DNA from: Opitutia bacterium | GTDB lineage: Bacteria > Verrucomicrobiota > Verrucomicrobiia > Opitutales > UBA953 | Direction of reading: 5' to 3' | Length of the DNA: 45,703 nt | NCBI GenBank assembly: GCA_947455415.1 | Contig: CANGNX010000001.1 | Coordinates: 1 to 45,703 of the forward strand | Shown: one piece after another, positions 24,193 to 32,675 of the stretch | Numbering within the stretch: position 1 is the stretch's first letter | Layout of the letters: each line of letters opens with the position of its first letter | The notes under the pieces: model-generated | What the model saw: only the letters and a program-made list of their open reading frames with translations | The model's database searches: none | What the model was told of the DNA's origin: nothing | Position numbers and translations under genes: made by a program

Positions 24193-27192
24193 ATGTTTCT
24201 AAGTCTCATCAAGCTCTTTGCCGGTAGCCATAATCGGAGATTCCTCCGCAAATGCGGACCCCTCGTCTCTCGCATCAATGCACTCGAAGTAGAGTACCAA
24301 AAACTCACCGACGCACAGATTCAAGGTAAGACCGCCGAACTCAAAGCACGACACGCTCGAGGTGAGACTTTGGATGCCCTACTACCCGAAGCTTTTGCTG
24401 TAGTTAAAAATGCCGCCCGTCGACTCAAGGGCACGACCGCCATCGTCTGCGAACACGAGCAGACCTGGAACATGGTGCACTTCGATGTGCAGCTCATCGG
24501 TGGCATCGCCTTACACCAAAATAAAATCGCCGAAATGGCCACCGGCGAAGGCAAGACCCTGGTCGCGACCCTACCACTCTATTTAAACGCCCTCACGGGA
24601 AAAAATTGCCAACTCGTCACGGTCAACGATTACCTCGCGCGACGCGACTCCGAGTGGATGGGACACCTCTACCGTTGGCTGGGGCTAAGCGTGGGTTGCA
24701 TTCAAAATCAAATGGGCAACGAGGAGCGTCAAGCGGCCTACCGTTGCGACATTACCTACGGTACCGCTTCCGAATTCGGCTTCGATTACCTGCGCGACAA
24801 CGGCATGGCGCTCAGCGCAGCCGAACAAGTTCAGCGCGATCATTACTACTGCATTGTCGATGAAATCGACTCCATCCTGATCGACGAGGCCCGCACACCA
24901 CTGATTATTTCTGGACCCGTCACCGAAGAACGCGAACCACCCTTTCCTCGCCTGGTTGAGGACGTTAAAGCCCTCTTTGAAGCGCAAACTAAACTCGTCA
25001 CTCGTCTAATTAACGAAGCCGAAACTGAGCTCAGCAAAATCACGGAAAGCAAAGAGCCTTCGGAAACGACGCTCGATAAACTCTGGCTCGCCGCCCACGG
25101 CATGCCACGTAACAAAACTTTTGCGCGCCTCATGGAAAATGGCCGCTGGCGCAAATCACTTGAGAAGCACGAAGGCATCTTGGCGAGCGAAGTGGAAAAA
25201 GATCGCCGCTACCATTTAAAGGAGCGCCTCTACTTCTCGATTAGCGAACGCGACCACGAATCTGATTTAACTCAGCTGGGTCGCGACACTCTCCGTCCGG
25301 GCAATCCCGACGCATTCGTCCTTCCCGACCTCCCCACTCACTACGTTGAACTCGATAAAGACGAGTCCCTCACTCACGAACGCCGGGCTGAATTACGTAA
25401 TGAGGCCGAACAAGCCTACGTCCGTGCCTCGGAGGACATCCATGCCATCGGCCAACTCATTAAGGCCTTTGCGCTCTACGAGTGCGATCGCCACTACGTG
25501 GTGCAAGACGGCAAGGTTCTCATCGTCGATGAAAACACCGGGCGTATCATGGCTGGTCGACGCTGGAGCGATGGCCTACACCAAGCCGTTGAGGCCAAGG
25601 AAGGTGTCGCAATGGAAAAGGAAAATAAAACCTACGCTACCATTACGATTCAGAATTACTTCCGCATGTACCGCAAACTGTCGGGCATGACCGGCACCGC
25701 TGAAACGGAAGCCACCGAATTTAACGAAATTTACGGACTGACTGTCGTTACGATTCCCACCAATCAGCCCTGCATTCGGATTGATGCCAATGACATCGTC
25801 TTTAAGACGCGTCGCGAAAAATACGCTTACGCCGTTAACGAAGTTAAGGAATCTCATAAGCGCGGACAACCCGTCCTCGTAGGCACCGCCTCGGTTGACG
25901 CTTCCGAAACCTTGAGCCGCATGCTCACCCTGGCTCGCATTCCGCACAAAGTGCTGAATGCAAAAAACCATGAACACGAAGCGGATATCGTGGCCCTAGC
26001 CGGACAAAAAGGCGCGGTCACCATCGCAACCAACATGGCTGGACGCGGCACCGACATTCGTCTGGGCGAAGGCGTACGCGAACTCGGCGGCCTTTACGTT
26101 CTCGGCACTGAGCGGCACGAATCCCGTCGCGTGGATCGTCAGCTTCGCGGCCGTTGCTCTCGACAAGGCGACCCTGGCCGGACCCGCTTCCTTATTGCCC
26201 TCGAAGATGACCTCATGCGTCTCTTCTCCAATGCAGGCATCATTTCCTCGATGCTCGAAAAATCCTTCAAGGAAGGCGAGCCCCTCGAACACCCCTTGCT
26301 CAATCGTTCGATTGGTACCGCCCAAAAACGCGTCGAAGGCCAAAACTATTCTCAACGAAAACGCCTCTTGCAGTACGATGACGTGCTCAATCACCAGCGT
26401 CACATTATTTACAGCCTACGCAATCGCGCCCTCGCCGACGGACAGTCTCGTCAGTCGATTCTCGAAATCATTAGCGAGGAAATCGACGATCGACTCAATA
26501 CCGCTTTCCCCGACGAAACCTCCACCGCCGAACACAGTGGAGCGGAAGCCTTTGTTAGTTGGTTTGTGAGCACCTTCCCCATTCGTCTCACGGTCGAAGA
26601 AATCATTCCACTCAATCGTGACCTCGCCACGGCCTTCGTGATGAAGAAAATCTCCGAGCTCCATGCGAGCCGCGAGAAACACGAATCCAAGGAAGTGGTC
26701 CAACACATCGAGAAGCATATTTTAATTCGTTCCATCGATCGCAACTGGCAGAATCATCTGACCGAGATGGATGAACTTCGTCGGGCGGTTTCACTCCGTG
26801 GCTACGCCCAAAAGGATCCGCTCAACGAATATAAAAGTGAAGCCTACCGCGCGTTCGAACAACTCATGCGTCAGCTACGCACCGAGGTTTGCACCGGCCT
26901 ATTCCGTACCGCTTCTTCCATGGAAGCCCTCGAGGCGTTGATTCGTTCTTCCCAAGGCCAAGCGGTTGCCACTGGACCTGCCGAGCCTGGCACCCCCGAA
27001 GATACAGCTACAAGTGGTGGCATTAGCCTCCAACCGAAGGCCGAACCTTTCCGTCGCAGCACCAATAAAATTGGTCGCAACGACATTGTCCGTATTCGCA
27101 AGGGTGAAGAGACCCTCGAACTGAAATGGAAGAAGGCTGAGCCCATGGTGCGCGATGAGGGCTGGCAGTTAGTGCAAGAGACCTCCGAATGA
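24193..27192 (+). CDS. secA: Preprotein translocase ATPase SecA (expanded PPXD, non-canonical C-terminal tail)
   Basis: The N-terminus from ATG 24193 is MFLSLIKLFAGSHNRRFLRK (the track starts at TTG 24169). It has Walker A MATGEGKTL, DEIDSILIDEARTPLIISG and TNMAGRGTDI. The C-terminal tail is KIGRNDIVRIRKG..., without Cys residues. Confidence 0.95.
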   Translation: MFLSLIKLFAGSHNRRFLRKCGPLVSRINALEVEYQKLTDAQIQGKTAELKARHARGETLDALLPEAFAVVKNAARRLKGTTAIVCEHEQTWNMVHFDVQLIGGIALHQNKIAEMATGEGKTLVATLPLYLNALTGKNCQLVTVNDYLARRDSEWMGHLYRWLGLSVGCIQNQMGNEERQAAYRCDITYGTASEFGFDYLRDNGMALSAAEQVQRDHYYCIVDEIDSILIDEARTPLIISGPVTEEREPPFPRLVEDVKALFEAQTKLVTRLINEAETELSKITESKEPSETTLDKLWLAAHGMPRNKTFARLMENGRWRKSLEKHEGILASEVEKDRRYHLKERLYFSISERDHESDLTQLGRDTLRPGNPDAFVLPDLPTHYVELDKDESLTHERRAELRNEAEQAYVRASEDIHAIGQLIKAFALYECDRHYVVQDGKVLIVDENTGRIMAGRRWSDGLHQAVEAKEGVAMEKENKTYATITIQNYFRMYRKLSGMTGTAETEATEFNEIYGLTVVTIPTNQPCIRIDANDIVFKTRREKYAYAVNEVKESHKRGQPVLVGTASVDASETLSRMLTLARIPHKVLNAKNHEHEADIVALAGQKGAVTIATNMAGRGTDIRLGEGVRELGGLYVLGTERHESRRVDRQLRGRCSRQGDPGRTRFLIALEDDLMRLFSNAGIISSMLEKSFKEGEPLEHPLLNRSIGTAQKRVEGQNYSQRKRLLQYDDVLNHQRHIIYSLRNRALADGQSRQSILEIISEEIDDRLNTAFPDETSTAEHSGAEAFVSWFVSTFPIRLTVEEIIPLNRDLATAFVMKKISELHASREKHESKEVVQHIEKHILIRSIDRNWQNHLTEMDELRRAVSLRGYAQKDPLNEYKSEAYRAFEQLMRQLRTEVCTGLFRTASSMEALEALIRSSQGQAVATGPAEPGTPEDTATSGGISLQPKAEPFRRSTNKIGRNDIVRIRKGEETLELKWKKAEPMVRDEGWQLVQETSE

Positions 27193-28829
27193 CCTCTGGT
27201 CGCACGGCATTGCTTCGCAACCCCACCGTGCAATCTTGGGCGGGCATTGGACTGACTGCGGTCTTACTCTTTTTCTCCTTCCCACCCGTCGGGCATCCCT
27301 TCGTCGCTTTCATCGCACTTGTTCCCGCAATCCTAGCTTCGACCCAAAATCCATCGTTCGCAAACTGGCGAAAAGCCGCCTTCACTTGCAGCTGGATTCT
27401 TTGGATAAGCTTACTGATCTGGCTGCGGCACGTCTACCCGCCCCTCGGATACATCGGCCTCGTCTTCCTTACCGCCTATTGCGCACTTTATTTATTTGGG
27501 TGGCTTATTTTTTTACGTTGGGTTTTTCCCACGACTAAAGGCGCCAGCATCGGTTATCGTGTTCTCGTACTTTTAGGCATCGCCGGAGCCTGGGGGACAC
27601 TGGAATGGATTCGCGGAAATCTGCTTACTGGCTTCGGCTGGCTACCCCTATCTGCCAGCCAAGAATCCAATCCCGTTTTACTTAGCCTTTGCTCGTGGGT
27701 CGGGCCCTACGGACTCTCCGTCCTACTGGTTATGATTAACCTAGGGCTCGCCAGCTGGATTATTCGCATGGTGCGCCTGGCCCGTGAGACACATGTGACT
27801 AAGCCCGCCAGCACGACCGATTGGCTCTCACGCCTCACCCCCGAACTTTATCTCGGACTTTCGCCACTACTCTTCGGCTTCGTTGTTTTTGGAAATAATA
27901 TCCAAAGCCGAATGAACTACCCCACCGATTCACTTTCGGTCAGCATCGTGCAGACCGACTTTGATCCGAACGCCAAGTGGGATTCTTTCCGCCTCGAAAA
28001 TCACCTCCAAAAAATCACCGAACTAACGAAGAGCGCCGCCCTGCCCAACTGCCAAGGACAGCGTCCTGATTTTATCCTTTGGCCCGAAGCCGCTCTACCG
28101 CTGACACTTAATAATTATCGTTACGCGGAAATGCTCCGCAAACTATCACAACAGACACAAACCACCTTGGTGATTGGTACGATTGATAAACGCGGCGAGG
28201 GCTACAGCAACGGTGTCGCCGTCATCACCGACCAAGGAATTCAATCACCGGTTTATGCCAAACGGCACCTAGTGCCCTTCGGCGAATACGTGCCGCTGGC
28301 CAGCGTTCTACCGCTCCGAAAAGTTGTACCCATCGCTGAAGATTGCGTGGCCGGTAACAGTCCATCACTCCTCGCCGTCAGCAATCGCCAAGGACAAACT
28401 TTCCAAGGGGGGGCACTCGTTTGTTATGAAGATGTTTTTCCAGAACTCGCCCGCGAACACGCACTTGCGGGAGCCGACTTCCTCATCGTGGTCACCAACG
28501 ACGCCTGGTACGGCCGGGAAGCAGGCGCCTATCAACACGCCGCTCACTCCGCCCTACTGGCAGCCTCTAGCGGCTTGCCTGTCGTGCGCTGCGGCAATGC
28601 TGGCTGGAGTGGCAGTATCAATGCCACTGGACTCAGTCAGGCAGTAACCGCTTCGGGTCAGCTCGATGACACAATTTATTTTGCCGGCCACCGCAGGATC
28701 GGCCCCGTCATTCCCAAGCCCAAAGGCTTACCGCACACTCCTTGGGTGCTTTACGGTGATTGGGCCATCGCACTGGGAACTGCATTCGCAGCCCTCGCGA
28801 TTTATCGACGACGCCAATTGGCCAATTAG
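27189..28829 (+). CDS. lnt: Apolipoprotein N-acyltransferase
   Basis: The ATG overlaps the secA stop (ATGA). A multi-TM N-terminal half is followed by a CN-hydrolase domain with WPEAALP, YAKRHLVPFGEYVP and the catalytic-Cys context ALVCYEDVFPE, then a final TM helix. Confidence 0.9.
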   Translation: MTSGRTALLRNPTVQSWAGIGLTAVLLFFSFPPVGHPFVAFIALVPAILASTQNPSFANWRKAAFTCSWILWISLLIWLRHVYPPLGYIGLVFLTAYCALYLFGWLIFLRWVFPTTKGASIGYRVLVLLGIAGAWGTLEWIRGNLLTGFGWLPLSASQESNPVLLSLCSWVGPYGLSVLLVMINLGLASWIIRMVRLARETHVTKPASTTDWLSRLTPELYLGLSPLLFGFVVFGNNIQSRMNYPTDSLSVSIVQTDFDPNAKWDSFRLENHLQKITELTKSAALPNCQGQRPDFILWPEAALPLTLNNYRYAEMLRKLSQQTQTTLVIGTIDKRGEGYSNGVAVITDQGIQSPVYAKRHLVPFGEYVPLASVLPLRKVVPIAEDCVAGNSPSLLAVSNRQGQTFQGGALVCYEDVFPELAREHALAGADFLIVVTNDAWYGREAGAYQHAAHSALLAASSGLPVVRCGNAGWSGSINATGLSQAVTASGQLDDTIYFAGHRRIGPVIPKPKGLPHTPWVLYGDWAIALGTAFAALAIYRRRQLAN

Positions 28830-28832
28830 GAA

Positions 28833-29582
28833 TTAGCGACGGCTCTTACCGTTGCCTGAGGGGGCTTCACCTTCGGGACCTTCCGCTTCTTCCGAGCCTT
28901 CATCTTCGTCCCACTTCAACTTACCCTCGAATTCCTTGTCGAGCTTCTCGTCGTCTTCCACCTCTGGTAAATCTGCGATGTCTTCCGCCGCCGAATTTGC
29001 CCGGGCCGGCTTATCGTCATCATCATCTTCACCTGGAACTTCGTGACCTTGTGGTACGAATTCTAAAATGTCGGTAATTTCCTCAAAGGGGTGAATATCG
29101 CGTCCTTCAATCATGGCCTGGTTACGCAATTCACTGAGTTGTTCATCCACGTCTTCGATGGTCAACTTTTGCTCAAGCTTAATGGTGTCATTAATCAACT
29201 TCACCCGCAGACGCATGATGTGCTCCAAGAAATCAGCATAGGAACCTTTGTCCCCGTCCTTGATGTTCGGGAGGGCGAAAAGTTGCTCTTCGGAATCTAA
29301 AATGTGTTCGGCCACGCGTGCGAGACGTACAATCTCATCCTTGTCGCTAATCGAGTGAACTTGGAACGGCACAAAAGCGGCCTCGAGAATTTCGTTCGAG
29401 AGACCGTATTCGCGCAACGGATCCATCATATCCAACACCCACGGAAGTTGATACGGATCTAAAATGCCCAAGCCGTCTGGCTCGTAGTGCTTAGGGTCTG
29501 AATTTTCCTTCACCCACCAGGTGCCCTTTTCTTTGTTATTACGAATCGTGCACCAAAGCAGCTTAGAGGTCGTGACAGCCAT
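28833..29582 (-). CDS. Hypothetical protein with extremely acidic C-terminal tail
   Basis: About 249 aa from ATG 29582 (the track starts at 29627). The globular N-terminal ~170 aa (LLWCTIRNNKEKGTWWVKEN...) is followed by about 75 aa dominated by D/E (GEDDDDDKPA...EVEDDEKLDKEFEGKLKWDEDEGSEEAEGPEGE). I recognise no family. Confidence 0.6.
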   Translation of the reverse strand: MAVTTSKLLWCTIRNNKEKGTWWVKENSDPKHYEPDGLGILDPYQLPWVLDMMDPLREYGLSNEILEAAFVPFQVHSISDKDEIVRLARVAEHILDSEEQLFALPNIKDGDKGSYADFLEHIMRLRVKLINDTIKLEQKLTIEDVDEQLSELRNQAMIEGRDIHPFEEITDILEFVPQGHEVPGEDDDDDKPARANSAAEDIADLPEVEDDEKLDKEFEGKLKWDEDEGSEEAEGPEGEAPSGNGKSRR

Positions 29583-29697
29583 GGGTGGTTGATTTGGCGA
29601 AGTTCTCGGTGGAGTCAAGAAGGGCAATTTTATTCCTTTTTAGGCCCACCCCACCTTCTCCGCTTTCCTTCTAGGATTTCACCCGTACGGTGAAGGA

Positions 29698-30750
29698 ATG
29701 TCTTTTCTGTACGAAAAAGTACTCTCCAAGGCACTCTACGCCATGGACCCCGAAAAGGCCCACCAAGTGGGGCTGCGCGGCATGGGTCTGCTGGGTTCGA
29801 TAGCCCCGCTGCGTGCAATCATGGAACGCTCCCTCCTCCCCATCGGAGCCAAGCCGATTCAAGCGTTCGGTTTATCTTTCCCCAATCATGTGGGTCTGGC
29901 GGCGGGCTTTGATAAAGATGGCATCGGCTGGCGCGGAGCGGCAGCCCTCGGCTTCGGCCACGTCGAAGTTGGCACCGTTACTCGCCACGCCCAAGCAGGT
30001 AATGAACGTCCACGCGTTTTTCGTTATCCAAATTTAAAAGCGGTCGTTAACTCCTATGGCTTCCCCAACGCGGGCGCTGAAGCCCTACAGCAACGTCTGT
30101 CGCAACAACCAAGGCGCGGCCAACGGGTCTGTCCGCTCGGTATTAATATCGGAAAATCTAAAATCACTCCACTCGAAGAAGCGCAGGAAGATTACCTCTA
30201 TTCTTTTAAATTGCTCGCACCGCTGGCCGACTACCTCGTCGTCAACATCAGCAGTCCCAATACACCCGGACTCCGCGCCCTGCAAGATCGCGCGCCGCTC
30301 GTGCAATTACTCTCAACACTATCGCGCGAAAACCGCCAAACGGTCGGTGGCCCTGTGCCCTTACTTCTAAAGGTCGCACCCGACCTCAATCCTCATCAAC
30401 TGGAAGACATTGTTGCCGTCGTCAGTGAAACTGGGTTTGCGGGCATTATCGCGACCAACACCACGATTACCCGACCTCCAGGCACCGAAGCCTGCGCGAC
30501 TAAAGGCGGCCTCAGTGGTCAACCACTCCTCGAGCGCTCGCTGAAAGTGGTGCGATTCTTACACCAAACTTCTAAAGGCAAAATCCCCATCATTGGCTGC
30601 GGCGGTATCACCTGTGCCGCCGATGCTGGACGTTTTATGGACGAGGGTGCCTGCCTAGTGCAGGTTTACTCGGGACTCGTTTTCAAGGGCCCAAGTCTGG
30701 CGACTGAAATCTCCGAAGGACTGGCGTGGCGCCAACGCCCCTGGATCTAA
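29698..30750 (+). CDS. pyrD: Dihydroorotate dehydrogenase (quinone), class 2
   Basis: The N-terminus aligns with E. coli PyrD (ALYAMDPEKAH). Motifs GLAAGFDKDG, GINIGKSK, NISSPNTPGLRALQ, ATNTT and GGLSG are present. Confidence 0.93.
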   Translation: MSFLYEKVLSKALYAMDPEKAHQVGLRGMGLLGSIAPLRAIMERSLLPIGAKPIQAFGLSFPNHVGLAAGFDKDGIGWRGAAALGFGHVEVGTVTRHAQAGNERPRVFRYPNLKAVVNSYGFPNAGAEALQQRLSQQPRRGQRVCPLGINIGKSKITPLEEAQEDYLYSFKLLAPLADYLVVNISSPNTPGLRALQDRAPLVQLLSTLSRENRQTVGGPVPLLLKVAPDLNPHQLEDIVAVVSETGFAGIIATNTTITRPPGTEACATKGGLSGQPLLERSLKVVRFLHQTSKGKIPIIGCGGITCAADAGRFMDEGACLVQVYSGLVFKGPSLATEISEGLAWRQRPWI

Positions 30751-30753
30751 GGG

Positions 30754-31296
30754 TTATTTCTTGCGCAGCGGAATGTGCACTTCCGACTGCTTAAAGAAAA
30801 ACGGGACGAACGGACTATTCCAATAAACAGCGTAAGGGTCACCCGACGCTTCGTATTCTTTCTGCGTCAGCAACCAAGCCTTCAACGTCGCCAATCCTTC
30901 TGCGTAATTCTCTTCACTGTAGGAGCCGCGAATACCCACTGCCGCCACTAATCGCTCCGGCATCGTTTGGAATTTCACTTCCGCGTTGGGCTGTAAATCC
31001 GTTCGCACCGAAGACACGGGATCCATATAAAAAACCATCACTCCTGGCTGTATTCTCGCCTCCACGGGTGCGGTCATTGGCAAATCGTTAGTACGAATGT
31101 AACGAAAAAGCTTACCGAACATTTGATTATTACTGGAAAAATAACCCTCCGCCGAGTCAGTCAGCATCAAGCGAGCCGCAGGCAAAGTCTTTACCTCGCA
31201 AACTCCAGGAGCGGTCCGCGGGTAAGCTTCTTCTGTCCCGCGGGCGAATGATGGCAAAAGTGAAGACATAAGGATAAGAAAGAGGGGGGCTTTCAT
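30754..31296 (-). CDS. SOUL/HEBP-family haem-binding-like protein, secreted
   Basis: It has a signal peptide (MKAPLFLILMSSLLPSFA). FGKLFRYIRTNDLPMTAPV, FYMDP, VAAVGIRGSYSEENY and AVYWNSPFVPFFFKQSEVHIPL follow the SOUL-domain pattern. Confidence 0.7.
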   Translation of the reverse strand: MKAPLFLILMSSLLPSFARGTEEAYPRTAPGVCEVKTLPAARLMLTDSAEGYFSSNNQMFGKLFRYIRTNDLPMTAPVEARIQPGVMVFYMDPVSSVRTDLQPNAEVKFQTMPERLVAAVGIRGSYSEENYAEGLATLKAWLLTQKEYEASGDPYAVYWNSPFVPFFFKQSEVHIPLRKK

Positions 31297-31391
31297 CTCT
31301 TATTGAATATATACAGTGTCACCAAGATAGCAATCAGCGGGCGAAGATTGACGCTCCTTGCGTCCCCCTGAAAAACGCTTTTCTTCATCCC

Positions 31392-32072
31392 ATGCCCAAT
31401 CCGCTAGAAAAACCGTCTTACGGGTCACGCCTCGGACATAATTTCCTGACCGGCATGTTCCTGGTCCTGCCCATCGGACTCACCTTCTACGTCGTTTCAA
31501 TCTTGGTCGGACTCATCGCTGCACCCGTTCAGTCCGTTCTGCAAACCCTGCTACCGATTGTCCTCAAAGATTCGGGCTACACACCTGATTTTTCGTCCGG
31601 CCCGATGTACGGTACCTTGGTACTCGCCTCCGCCCTCATCATGGCGGTGATTCTAATTACCCTCGGTTGGCTTTCGAAACGAATCTTCGGTCGACTGTTT
31701 CAAGCTTGGTTTGCCTTCATCATCGAACGCATGCCGGGCTTGGGCGCCCTCTATAATACCATTAAACAAATGGTCGATGCGCTGAGCGGCCGCAATAAAG
31801 ACACCTTTCGTCGCGTGGTATTGGTGCAATATCCCAGACCCAATTGCTGGAGTATTGCGTTCGTCACCCAAGAGAATCCTGAAATTCTGACCAACGCTAT
31901 CGGCCAAAAAGTGGTGAATGTGTTCGTTCCCTCTGCACCCGCACCGACCGCTGGCTTTGTACTCCAAGTGCCCGTCGATGAGATAAAAGAAACTAAGCTC
32001 ACCGTCACTGAAGCCATCGGACTGCTCATGAGTTTCGGCGCCGTCGTTCCACAGTCTAAGCTTAAGGGTTAA
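31392..32072 (+). CDS. DUF502-family integral membrane protein
   Basis: It has two N-terminal TM helices (FLTGMFLVLPIGLTFYVVSILVGLI; LVLASALIMAVILITLGWL). PGLGALYNTIKQMVDAL, VVLVQYPRPNCWSIAFVT and VFVPSAPAPTAGFVLQVP are typical of DUF502. Confidence 0.8.
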   Translation: MPNPLEKPSYGSRLGHNFLTGMFLVLPIGLTFYVVSILVGLIAAPVQSVLQTLLPIVLKDSGYTPDFSSGPMYGTLVLASALIMAVILITLGWLSKRIFGRLFQAWFAFIIERMPGLGALYNTIKQMVDALSGRNKDTFRRVVLVQYPRPNCWSIAFVTQENPEILTNAIGQKVVNVFVPSAPAPTAGFVLQVPVDEIKETKLTVTEAIGLLMSFGAVVPQSKLKG

Positions 32073-32675
32073 ATGTCCGCTGCCACGCTGCGATGCCTCG
32101 TTCTCGGGCGTGATCCATCAGGCGAATCACACACCCTGCTGACCTTACTCGAACCTTCTCAAGGCCTAGAGCGTTGTCTCATTCGTCAAACCCGCAGCAA
32201 GCAAACCACGAGCCCCGATTTATTTGACGAGTGTGAAATCACCCTCGAACGCGCCAAAGATGGCGGCAACCGTTTTGCCCGCGACTACCGACTACTCCAC
32301 CGTTTCTCTGGCATCGCTAAAAATCATCGCACCCTCGAACGCGCCTGTCGCTTTGCCAACATGGTGCGCCGTAATCCGCCTCCGCCTGAATCCGCCGAGG
32401 TGTGCTATCGCATTGCAATCGAAACCTTCACGGCAATGTCCGAACGCCCCCGCCCCGATTGTGCTTACTTCAAAGGTCTCTGGCTCATGATTAAAGACGG
32501 CGGCTGGCCAGTACATGAACACTGGCTCGGTAATTTAGGAAGTCGCCAAGCCCAAGCAGCGTCCATCCTCACCCAACCGCTCGATGCCCAAAGCACCGAC
32601 GAAGAAGCGGTAGCCAAACTTTCGATCGATCTTGAACGCTGGGCCGCCGGAGAAATTCACTTCGTGCTTCCCTGA
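32073..32675 (+). CDS. RecO-like protein (tentative; short form without zinc finger)
   Basis: The ATG directly abuts the DUF502 stop, and its own stop overlaps the next ATG by 1 nt. The N-terminal RCLVLGRDPSGESHTLLTLLEPSQGLERCLIR resembles the RecO OB-fold. The following helical segments resemble RecO's helical domain. There is no CxxC pair, and 200 aa is shorter than typical RecO. Confidence 0.45.
   Translation: MSAATLRCLVLGRDPSGESHTLLTLLEPSQGLERCLIRQTRSKQTTSPDLFDECEITLERAKDGGNRFARDYRLLHRFSGIAKNHRTLERACRFANMVRRNPPPPESAEVCYRIAIETFTAMSERPRPDCAYFKGLWLMIKDGGWPVHEHWLGNLGSRQAQAASILTQPLDAQSTDEEAVAKLSIDLERWAAGEIHFVLP

Noticed and set aside
29678-29694. The hairpin ttcacc-cgtac-ggtgaa, which overlaps a purine-rich stretch directly before the pyrD ATG, considered as a possible translational control element.
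   Set aside because: The stem has only 6 bp, there is no resemblance to a PyrR binding loop, and the purine stretch abuts the ATG with no spacing, so it is unlikely to be a functional ribosome-binding site.
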